DNA from: Azolla caroliniana
Taxonomy: Eukaryota; Plantae; Polypodiophyta
Direction: 5' to 3'
Assembly (NCBI GenBank): GCA_043228905.1
Contig: JBHGNT010000539.1
Location: 1-21,218 of the forward strand
Length of the DNA stretch: 21,218 nt
In this document: piece after piece, positions 1 to 8,251 of the stretch
Layout: each line of letters starts with the position of its first letter
How positions within the stretch are numbered: position 1 is the first letter of the stretch
Made by a program: the position numbers and the translations under genes
The notes under the pieces: model-generated
The model's database searches: none
What the model was told of the DNA's origin: nothing
Seen by the model: only the letters and a program-made list of their open reading frames with translations

Positions 1-79
1 AAGAGCTCTAGGCGTCGCCGCCTCCCGCCTACTCCAACAGTGCGATCTTCGCCCTCGTGCTTGTATTCGTCGCTTCTAA
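1..79 (+). CDS. Partial 3' end of the storage protein gene (copy cut by window start)
   Basis: Identical to 1641-1719; encodes ...RALGVAASRLLQQCDLRPRACIRRF with TAA at 77-79. Confidence 0.9.
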   Translation, partial: RALGVAASRLLQQCDLRPRACIRRF

Positions 80-178
80 ATAGTACATAAACCTTGTTCA
101 AATTATTCTCGTGGTCTCTCTCTAATTTCTCGTAAGTGTTTACGAACAAGTGCGTCTCCCCAATCGCGCATTACACCC

Positions 179-240
179 ACACGAACGTAAACACGAGCAC
201 CAACGTCCCTCCAACACGAACGTAAACACGAGCACCAACG
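179..240 (+). repeat. Perfect 27-bp direct repeat x2 (acacgaacgtaaacacgagcaccaacg), present in every spacer
   Basis: Copies at 179-205 and 214-240, separated by 8 bp (tccctcca). Confidence 0.95.
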
Positions 241-587
241 CATAGAATTTGCCTATAGGGACCGCAAACCACCCAAACGGAAAAGAAAACATCAAAGCAG
301 GACACCCATACCGCACACGCCACGGCAACGGCTAAGGCTAAGGTCAACTTGTACACGCGGCGAATGTGAACTTGCTTCCACACTTGCCCGATAGGACACT
401 CCTAGTGTGGTAGTCCGGTTAGCTTTCCTTGTCGTCGTCGTTACCAACCCCTCGTCCGTCCGAACGAGCGAGTACGGACACCGGTCTATCTACGTTCATC
501 GATGTAGCACACTCGGGAGCCACCACTCGTCCCGCAGTAGCCTCCGCGTGCTTAGTGTCTCGGCACTAGCGCGTTCTAGTTTAATGT

Positions 588-595
588 GCACGTGC
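588..595. promoter_or_regulatory. G-box (GCACGTGC) about 360 bp upstream of the ATG; repeated in each unit
   Basis: CACGTG at 589-594. Further ACGT cores lie at 752-756 (ACGTG) and 811-816 (ACACGT). G-box/ABRE-like sites act with RY elements in seed storage protein promoters. Function here is inferred. Confidence 0.45.
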
Positions 596-839
596 CCGCA
601 CACCCCTACGCGCACGCGCGAGTGCGCACATTTACCTATGTATGTATAAATGTTATGTTGCTCGACAAGCTCTCGCGCGAGGAGGAGGAGTACCCGCTAC
701 AGGTTGCGCCCAGATTGTCTGGTGACAATACGACACCTAGGACTAGCCTAGACGTGTGGGAGGGTGGACTAGTTGGTATGGGTCTTGGGCAAGAGTTGTA
801 CGCAGGACACACACGTTATGGTAATGGGAGTGGTGAGTG

Positions 840-869
840 ACATGCATGTGCTCTGATTGCATGGCCATG
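840..869. promoter_or_regulatory. RY/Sph elements (B3-domain ABI3/FUS3/LEC2 binding sites); repeated in each unit
   Basis: CATGCATG at 841-848 lies within the palindrome ACATGCATGT (840-849). A second element, TGCATGGC at 858-865, has the reverse complement GCCATGCA (legumin-box core). Both sit directly upstream of the TATA box. Confidence 0.8.
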
Positions 870-871
870 TG

Positions 872-882
872 TATATATTAAA
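872..882 (+). promoter_or_regulatory. TATA box; repeated in each unit
   Basis: TATATATTAAA begins 77 bp upstream of the ATG at 949, implying a TSS near 900-905 and a short 5' UTR. The ATG context gcaATGGC fits the plant consensus. Confidence 0.8.
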
Positions 883-948
883 GGTGGAGGGAGCAATGTC
901 AATACAATCCATTAGGAGACAAGCACCGGGATCATAAGGACAATCGCA

Positions 949-1719
949 ATGGCAAAGCTTACTTCCGTATTCCTCATGGCCGTGATCATGCTCGCCGCGT
1001 GTACCGCGGCCAATGCTAGGTCTGTAGGGCGGGACCGTGAAGAGGAGCGACGCGATCGACGTCGTGAGGGAGACATTGACGAGGAGAGGCGCGATCGACG
1101 CCGAGAGGGGGAGTGCGAGCGACGTCGTGAGGGGTTCCTTGAGGAGGGGCGCCGCTACAGAGACAACAAGAGAGACTCCGAAGAGGAAAGGGAACGTCGT
1201 AGCCGTGGTCGCGATGAGCCACGTGACGAGGAACTGAGGCGAGAGTGCGGTGATTTCATCGACAAGCAGATCCGAGAGCTACAAGAGCGCTCCGAAAGAG
1301 AGGAAGGTGAACAAGGACGTCGCTCCCCATGGATCGAAAACACTCGATACTCAAGACCCTCGGAACGGTGCTGCAGGAACGTCGAACGAATCCCCGCCGA
1401 AGATCGATGCGATCGCCTACGTGATGCCTTGTATGCTGACGAGGAGGAACGACGCAATGATGAAGGCCGACGCCATGGCCAACAATCAAGGGAACACCGT
1501 AGCTGGGAGGAAGAGGACGAGGAGCGCGAGAGAGATAGCAGCCGTGAGCGACGAGAGGGTGACGAACGCCGCCACCGCATGTCTCGACGACAAGAGGACG
1601 AACGTCAACAACGTCGCCAATTCAAGGCCGATGACGAGGAAAGAGCTCTAGGCGTCGCCGCCTCCCGCCTACTCCAACAGTGCGATCTTCGCCCTCGTGC
1701 TTGTATTCGTCGCTTCTAA
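949..1719 (+). CDS. Arg/Glu-rich 2S albumin / alpha-globulin-like seed storage protein precursor (prolamin superfamily), copy 1
   Basis: 256-aa intronless ORF with signal peptide MAKLTSVFLMAVIMLAACTAANA. Cys occur at 56, 100, 141-142, 154, 245 and 252. Motifs CGDFIDKQI, PSERCC-X9-DRC and AASRLLQQCDLRPRAC resemble the conserved 2S albumin regions. RY/TATA promoter upstream. Confidence 0.85.
   Translation: MAKLTSVFLMAVIMLAACTAANARSVGRDREEERRDRRREGDIDEERRDRRREGECERRREGFLEEGRRYRDNKRDSEEERERRSRGRDEPRDEELRRECGDFIDKQIRELQERSEREEGEQGRRSPWIENTRYSRPSERCCRNVERIPAEDRCDRLRDALYADEEERRNDEGRRHGQQSREHRSWEEEDEERERDSSRERREGDERRHRMSRRQEDERQQRRQFKADDEERALGVAASRLLQQCDLRPRACIRRF
1042..1134 (+). repeat. Intragenic 39-bp (13-aa) imperfect tandem duplication EERRDRRREG plus a partial third copy
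   Basis: gaggagcgacgcgatcgacgtcgtgaggga at 1042; gaggagaggcgcgatcgacgccgagagggg at 1081; gagcgacgtcgtgagggg at 1117. Confidence 0.85.
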
Positions 1720-2588
1720 ATAGTACATAAACCTTGTTCAAATTATTCTCGTGGTCTCTCTCTAATTTCTCGTAAGTGTTTACGAACAAGTGCGTCTCCC
1801 CAATCGCGCATTACACCCACACGAACGTAAACACGAGCACCAACGTCCCTCCAACACGAACGTAAACACGAGCACCAACGCATAGAATTTGCCTATAGGG
1901 ACCGCAAACCACCCAAACGGAAAAGAAAACATCAAAGCAGGACACCCATACCGCACACGCCACGGCAACGGCTAAGGCTAAGGTCAACTTGTACACGCGG
2001 CGAATGTGAACTTGCTTCCACACTTGCCCGATAGGACACTCCTAGTGTGGTAGTCCGGTTAGCTTTCCTTGTCGTCGTCGTTACCAACCCCTCGTCCGTC
2101 CGAACGAGCGAGTACGGACACCGGTCTATCTACGTTCATCGATGTAGCACACTCGGGAGCCACCACTCGTCCCGCAGTAGCCTCCGCGTGCTTAGTGTCT
2201 CGGCACTAGCGCGTTCTAGTTTAATGTGCACGTGCCCGCACACCCCTACGCGCACGCGCGAGTGCGCACATTTACCTATGTATGTATAAATGTTATGTTG
2301 CTCGACAAGCTCTCGCGCGAGGAGGAGGAGTACCCGCTACAGGTTGCGCCCAGATTGTCTGGTGACAATACGACACCTAGGACTAGCCTAGACGTGTGGG
2401 AGGGTGGACTAGTTGGTATGGGTCTTGGGCAAGAGTTGTACGCAGGACACACACGTTATGGTAATGGGAGTGGTGAGTGACATGCATGTGCTCTGATTGC
2501 ATGGCCATGTGTATATATTAAAGGTGGAGGGAGCAATGTCAATACAATCCATTAGGAGACAAGCACCGGGATCATAAGGACAATCGCA

Positions 2589-3331
2589 ATGGCAAAGCTT
2601 ACTTCCGTATTCCTCATGGCCGTGATCATGCTCGCCGCGTGTACCGCGGCCAATGCTAGGTCTGTAGGGCGGGACCGTGAAGAGGAGCGACGCGATCGAC
2701 GTCGTGAGGGAGACATTGACGAGGAGAGGCGCGATCGACGCCGAGAGGGGGAGTGCGAGCGACGTCGTGAGGGGTTCCTTGAGGAGGGGCGCCGCTACAG
2801 AGACAACAAGAGAGACTCCGAAGAGGAAAGGGAACGTCGTAGCCGTGGTCGCGATGAGCCACGTGACGAGGAACTGAGGCGAGAGTGCGGTGATTTCATC
2901 GACAAGCAGATCCGAGAGCTACAAGAGCGCTCCGAAAGAGAGGAAGGTGAACAAGGACGTCGCTCCCCATGGATCGAAAACACTCGATACTCAAGACCCT
3001 CGGAACGGTGCTGCAGGAACGTCGAACGAATCCCCGCCGAAGATCGATGGACGAGGAGGAACGACGCAATGATGAAGGCCGACGCCATGGCCAACAATCA
3101 AGGGAACACCGTAGCTGGGAGGAAGAGGACGAGGAGCGCGAGAGAGATAGCAGCCGTGAGCGACGAGAGGGTGACGAACGCCGCCACCGCATGTCTCGAC
3201 GACAAGAGGACGAACGTCAACAACGTCGCCAATTCAAGGCCGATGACGAGGAAAGAGCTCTAGGCGTCGCCGCCTCCCGCCTACTCCAACAGTGCGATCT
3301 TCGCCCTCGTGCTTGTATTCGTCGCTTCTAA
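2589..3331 (+). pseudogene. Frameshifted copy 2 of the storage protein gene (28-bp deletion)
   Basis: Reads gatcgatg|gacgagg at 3049/3050 and lacks cgatcgcctacgtgatgccttgtatgct (1410-1437 in copy 1). The ORF shifts frame after ...PAEDR and stops at 3263 (224 aa). The original-frame stop is at 3331. Confidence 0.9.
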
Positions 3332-4200
3332 ATAGTACATAAACCTTGTTCAAATTATTCTCGTGGTCTCTCTCTAATTTCTCGTAAGTGTTTACGAACA
3401 AGTGCGTCTCCCCAATCGCGCATTACACCCACACGAACGTAAACACGAGCACCAACGTCCCTCCAACACGAACGTAAACACGAGCACCAACGCATAGAAT
3501 TTGCCTATAGGGACCGCAAACCACCCAAACGGAAAAGAAAACATCAAAGCAGGACACCCATACCGCACACGCCACGGCAACGGCTAAGGCTAAGGTCAAC
3601 TTGTACACGCGGCGAATGTGAACTTGCTTCCACACTTGCCCGATAGGACACTCCTAGTGTGGTAGTCCGGTTAGCTTTCCTTGTCGTCGTCGTTACCAAC
3701 CCCTCGTCCGTCCGAACGAGCGAGTACGGACACCGGTCTATCTACGTTCATCGATGTAGCACACTCGGGAGCCACCACTCGTCCCGCAGTAGCCTCCGCG
3801 TGCTTAGTGTCTCGGCACTAGCGCGTTCTAGTTTAATGTGCACGTGCCCGCACACCCCTACGCGCACGCGCGAGTGCGCACATTTACCTATGTATGTATA
3901 AATGTTATGTTGCTCGACAAGCTCTCGCGCGAGGAGGAGGAGTACCCGCTACAGGTTGCGCCCAGATTGTCTGGTGACAATACGACACCTAGGACTAGCC
4001 TAGACGTGTGGGAGGGTGGACTAGTTGGTATGGGTCTTGGGCAAGAGTTGTACGCAGGACACACACGTTATGGTAATGGGAGTGGTGAGTGACATGCATG
4101 TGCTCTGATTGCATGGCCATGTGTATATATTAAAGGTGGAGGGAGCAATGTCAATACAATCCATTAGGAGACAAGCACCGGGATCATAAGGACAATCGCA

Positions 4201-4971
4201 ATGGCAAAGCTTACTTCCGTATTCCTCATGGCCGTGATCATGCTCGCCGCGTGTACCGCGGCCAATGCTAGGTCTGTAGGGCGGGACCGTGAAGAGGAGC
4301 GACGCGATCGACGTCGTGAGGGAGACATTGACGAGGAGAGGCGCGATCGACGCCGAGAGGGGGAGTGCGAGCGACGTCGTGAGGGGTTCCTTGAGGAGGG
4401 GCGCCGCTACAGAGACAACAAGAGAGACTCCGAAGAGGAAAGGGAACGTCGTAGCCGTGGTCGCGATGAGCCACGTGACGAGGAACTGAGGCGAGAGTGC
4501 GGTGATTTCATCGACAAGCAGATCCGAGAGCTACAAGAGCGCTCCGAAAGAGAGGAAGGTGAACAAGGACGTCGCTCCCCATGGATCGAAAACACTCGAT
4601 ACTCAAGACCCTCGGAACGGTGCTGCAGGAACGTCGAACGAATCCCCGCCGAAGATCGATGCGATCGCCTACGTGATGCCTTGTATGCTGACGAGGAGGA
4701 ACGACGCAATGATGAAGGCCGACGCCATGGCCAACAATCAAGGGAACACCGTAGCTGGGAGGAAGAGGACGAGGAGCGCGAGAGAGATAGCAGCCGTGAG
4801 CGACGAGAGGGTGACGAACGCCGCCACCGCATGTCTCGACGACAAGAGGACGAACGTCAACAACGTCGCCAATTCAAGGCCGATGACGAGGAAAGAGCTC
4901 TAGGCGTCGCCGCCTCCCGCCTACTCCAACAGTGCGATCTTCGCCCTCGTGCTTGTATTCGTCGCTTCTAA
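4201..4971 (+). CDS. 2S albumin-like storage protein precursor, copy 3
   Basis: Translation identical to copy 1. Confidence 0.85.
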   Translation: MAKLTSVFLMAVIMLAACTAANARSVGRDREEERRDRRREGDIDEERRDRRREGECERRREGFLEEGRRYRDNKRDSEEERERRSRGRDEPRDEELRRECGDFIDKQIRELQERSEREEGEQGRRSPWIENTRYSRPSERCCRNVERIPAEDRCDRLRDALYADEEERRNDEGRRHGQQSREHRSWEEEDEERERDSSRERREGDERRHRMSRRQEDERQQRRQFKADDEERALGVAASRLLQQCDLRPRACIRRF

Positions 4972-5840
4972 ATAGTACATAAACCTTGTTCAAATTATTC
5001 TCGTGGTCTCTCTCTAATTTCTCGTAAGTGTTTACGAACAAGTGCGTCTCCCCAATCGCGCATTACACCCACACGAACGTAAACACGAGCACCAACGTCC
5101 CTCCAACACGAACGTAAACACGAGCACCAACGCATAGAATTTGCCTATAGGGACCGCAAACCACCCAAACGGAAAAGAAAACATCAAAGCAGGACACCCA
5201 TACCGCACACGCCACGGCAACGGCTAAGGCTAAGGTCAACTTGTACACGCGGCGAATGTGAACTTGCTTCCACACTTGCCCGATAGGACACTCCTAGTGT
5301 GGTAGTCCGGTTAGCTTTCCTTGTCGTCGTCGTTACCAACCCCTCGTCCGTCCGAACGAGCGAGTACGGACACCGGTCTATCTACGTTCATCGATGTAGC
5401 ACACTCGGGAGCCACCACTCGTCCCGCAGTAGCCTCCGCGTGCTTAGTGTCTCGGCACTAGCGCGTTCTAGTTTAATGTGCACGTGCCCGCACACCCCTA
5501 CGCGCACGCGCGAGTGCGCACATTTACCTATGTATGTATAAATGTTATGTTGCTCGACAAGCTCTCGCGCGAGGAGGAGGAGTACCCGCTACAGGTTGCG
5601 CCCAGATTGTCTGGTGACAATACGACACCTAGGACTAGCCTAGACGTGTGGGAGGGTGGACTAGTTGGTATGGGTCTTGGGCAAGAGTTGTACGCAGGAC
5701 ACACACGTTATGGTAATGGGAGTGGTGAGTGACATGCATGTGCTCTGATTGCATGGCCATGTGTATATATTAAAGGTGGAGGGAGCAATGTCAATACAAT
5801 CCATTAGGAGACAAGCACCGGGATCATAAGGACAATCGCA

Positions 5841-6611
5841 ATGGCAAAGCTTACTTCCGTATTCCTCATGGCCGTGATCATGCTCGCCGCGTGTACCGCG
5901 GCCAATGCTAGGTCTGTAGGGCGGGACCGTGAAGAGGAGCGACGCGATCGACGTCGTGAGGGAGACATTGACGAGGAGAGGCGCGATCGACGCCGAGAGG
6001 GGGAGTGCGAGCGACGTCGTGAGGGGTTCCTTGAGGAGGGGCGCCGCTACAGAGACAACAAGAGAGACTCCGAAGAGGAAAGGGAACGTCGTAGCCGTGG
6101 TCGCGATGAGCCACGTGACGAGGAACTGAGGCGAGAGTGCGGTGATTTCATCGACAAGCAGATCCGAGAGCTACAAGAGCGCTCCGAAAGAGAGGAAGGT
6201 GAACAAGGACGTCGCTCCCCATGGATCGAAAACACTCGATACTCAAGACCCTCGGAACGGTGCTGCAGGAACGTCGAACGAATCCCCGCCGAAGATCGAT
6301 GCGATCGCCTACGTGATGCCTTGTATGCTGACGAGGAGGAACGACGCAATGATGAAGGCCGACGCCATGGCCAACAATCAAGGGAACACCGTAGCTGGGA
6401 GGAAGAGGACGAGGAGCGCGAGAGAGATAGCAGCCGTGAGCGACGAGAGGGTGACGAACGCCGCCACCGCATGTCTCGACGACAAGAGGACGAACGTCAA
6501 CAACGTCGCCAATTCAAGGCCGATGACGAGGAAAGAGCTCTAGGCGTCGCCGCCTCCCGCCTACTCCAACAGTGCGATCTTCGCCCTCGTGCTTGTATTC
6601 GTCGCTTCTAA
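5841..6611 (+). CDS. 2S albumin-like storage protein precursor, copy 4
   Basis: Translation identical to copy 1. Confidence 0.85.
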   Translation: MAKLTSVFLMAVIMLAACTAANARSVGRDREEERRDRRREGDIDEERRDRRREGECERRREGFLEEGRRYRDNKRDSEEERERRSRGRDEPRDEELRRECGDFIDKQIRELQERSEREEGEQGRRSPWIENTRYSRPSERCCRNVERIPAEDRCDRLRDALYADEEERRNDEGRRHGQQSREHRSWEEEDEERERDSSRERREGDERRHRMSRRQEDERQQRRQFKADDEERALGVAASRLLQQCDLRPRACIRRF

Positions 6612-7480
6612 ATAGTACATAAACCTTGTTCAAATTATTCTCGTGGTCTCTCTCTAATTTCTCGTAAGTGTTTACGAACAAGTGCGTCTCCCCAATCGCG
6701 CATTACACCCACACGAACGTAAACACGAGCACCAACGTCCCTCCAACACGAACGTAAACACGAGCACCAACGCATAGAATTTGCCTATAGGGACCGCAAA
6801 CCACCCAAACGGAAAAGAAAACATCAAAGCAGGACACCCATACCGCACACGCCACGGCAACGGCTAAGGCTAAGGTCAACTTGTACACGCGGCGAATGTG
6901 AACTTGCTTCCACACTTGCCCGATAGGACACTCCTAGTGTGGTAGTCCGGTTAGCTTTCCTTGTCGTCGTCGTTACCAACCCCTCGTCCGTCCGAACGAG
7001 CGAGTACGGACACCGGTCTATCTACGTTCATCGATGTAGCACACTCGGGAGCCACCACTCGTCCCGCAGTAGCCTCCGCGTGCTTAGTGTCTCGGCACTA
7101 GCGCGTTCTAGTTTAATGTGCACGTGCCCGCACACCCCTACGCGCACGCGCGAGTGCGCACATTTACCTATGTATGTATAAATGTTATGTTGCTCGACAA
7201 GCTCTCGCGCGAGGAGGAGGAGTACCCGCTACAGGTTGCGCCCAGATTGTCTGGTGACAATACGACACCTAGGACTAGCCTAGACGTGTGGGAGGGTGGA
7301 CTAGTTGGTATGGGTCTTGGGCAAGAGTTGTACGCAGGACACACACGTTATGGTAATGGGAGTGGTGAGTGACATGCATGTGCTCTGATTGCATGGCCAT
7401 GTGTATATATTAAAGGTGGAGGGAGCAATGTCAATACAATCCATTAGGAGACAAGCACCGGGATCATAAGGACAATCGCA

Positions 7481-8251
7481 ATGGCAAAGCTTACTTCCGT
7501 ATTCCTCATGGCCGTGATCATGCTCGCCGCGTGTACCGCGGCCAATGCTAGGTCTGTAGGGCGGGACCGTGAAGAGGAGCGACGCGATCGACGTCGTGAG
7601 GGAGACATTGACGAGGAGAGGCGCGATCGACGCCGAGAGGGGGAGTGCGAGCGACGTCGTGAGGGGTTCCTTGAGGAGGGGCGCCGCTACAGAGACAACA
7701 AGAGAGACTCCGAAGAGGAAAGGGAACGTCGTAGCCGTGGTCGCGATGAGCCACGTGACGAGGAACTGAGGCGAGAGTGCGGTGATTTCATCGACAAGCA
7801 GATCCGAGAGCTACAAGAGCGCTCCGAAAGAGAGGAAGGTGAACAAGGACGTCGCTCCCCATGGATCGAAAACACTCGATACTCAAGACCCTCGGAACGG
7901 TGCTGCAGGAACGTCGAACGAATCCCCGCCGAAGATCGATGCGATCGCCTACGTGATGCCTTGTATGCTGACGAGGAGGAACGACGCAATGATGAAGGCC
8001 GACGCCATGGCCAACAATCAAGGGAACACCGTAGCTGGGAGGAAGAGGACGAGGAGCGCGAGAGAGATAGCAGCCGTGAGCGACGAGAGGGTGACGAACG
8101 CCGCCACCGCATGTCTCGACGACAAGAGGACGAACGTCAACAACGTCGCCAATTCAAGGCCGATGACGAGGAAAGAGCTCTAGGCGTCGCCGCCTCCCGC
8201 CTACTCCAACAGTGCGATCTTCGCCCTCGTGCTTGTATTCGTCGCTTCTAA
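7481..8251 (+). CDS. 2S albumin-like storage protein precursor, copy 5
   Basis: Translation identical to copy 1. Confidence 0.85.
   Translation: MAKLTSVFLMAVIMLAACTAANARSVGRDREEERRDRRREGDIDEERRDRRREGECERRREGFLEEGRRYRDNKRDSEEERERRSRGRDEPRDEELRRECGDFIDKQIRELQERSEREEGEQGRRSPWIENTRYSRPSERCCRNVERIPAEDRCDRLRDALYADEEERRNDEGRRHGQQSREHRSWEEEDEERERDSSRERREGDERRHRMSRRQEDERQQRRQFKADDEERALGVAASRLLQQCDLRPRACIRRF

Noticed and set aside
132-137. GTAAGT splice-donor consensus 52 nt after the stop codon (possible 3' UTR intron)
   Set aside because: The exon-side context is poor, the downstream sequence is not U-rich, and there is no convincing acceptor. It would need RNA-seq support.
179-240. CRISPR-like repeat-spacer-repeat
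   Set aside because: Only two repeats with an invariant 8-bp gap, no cas genes, and a eukaryotic gene context.
378-410. Small stem-loop (ccacact/agtgtgg enclosing tagga-cac-tccta)
   Set aside because: The stems are too short to distinguish from chance. No tRNA, miRNA or snoRNA features are recognisable.
645-651. Second TATA-like motif TATAAAT
   Set aside because: It lies about 300 bp upstream of the ATG and upstream of the RY elements. The 872-882 box fits the expected geometry much better.
140-840. Spacer ORFs of 62-84 aa on both strands
   Set aside because: They are short and mostly start at non-ATG codons, which is unlikely in a plant-type locus. Their composition reflects spacer skew and repeats, and they recur only because the unit is repeated.
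1155-1580. 141-aa Ser/Arg-rich antisense ORF, superficially SR-protein-like (and its copies)
   Set aside because: It is a shadow of the Glu/Arg codon bias on the sense strand. It has no RRM and no promoter evidence.
1037-1651. Alternative-frame + strand ORFs (66 aa, 133 aa) and short antisense ORFs within the CDS
   Set aside because: The T-poor, purine-rich coding sequence yields few off-frame stops. No recognisable domains.
2969-3331. 120-aa ORF unique to unit 2
   Set aside because: It is a by-product of the 28-bp deletion, which joins an off-frame ATG to the native C-terminal frame. It is not a separate gene.
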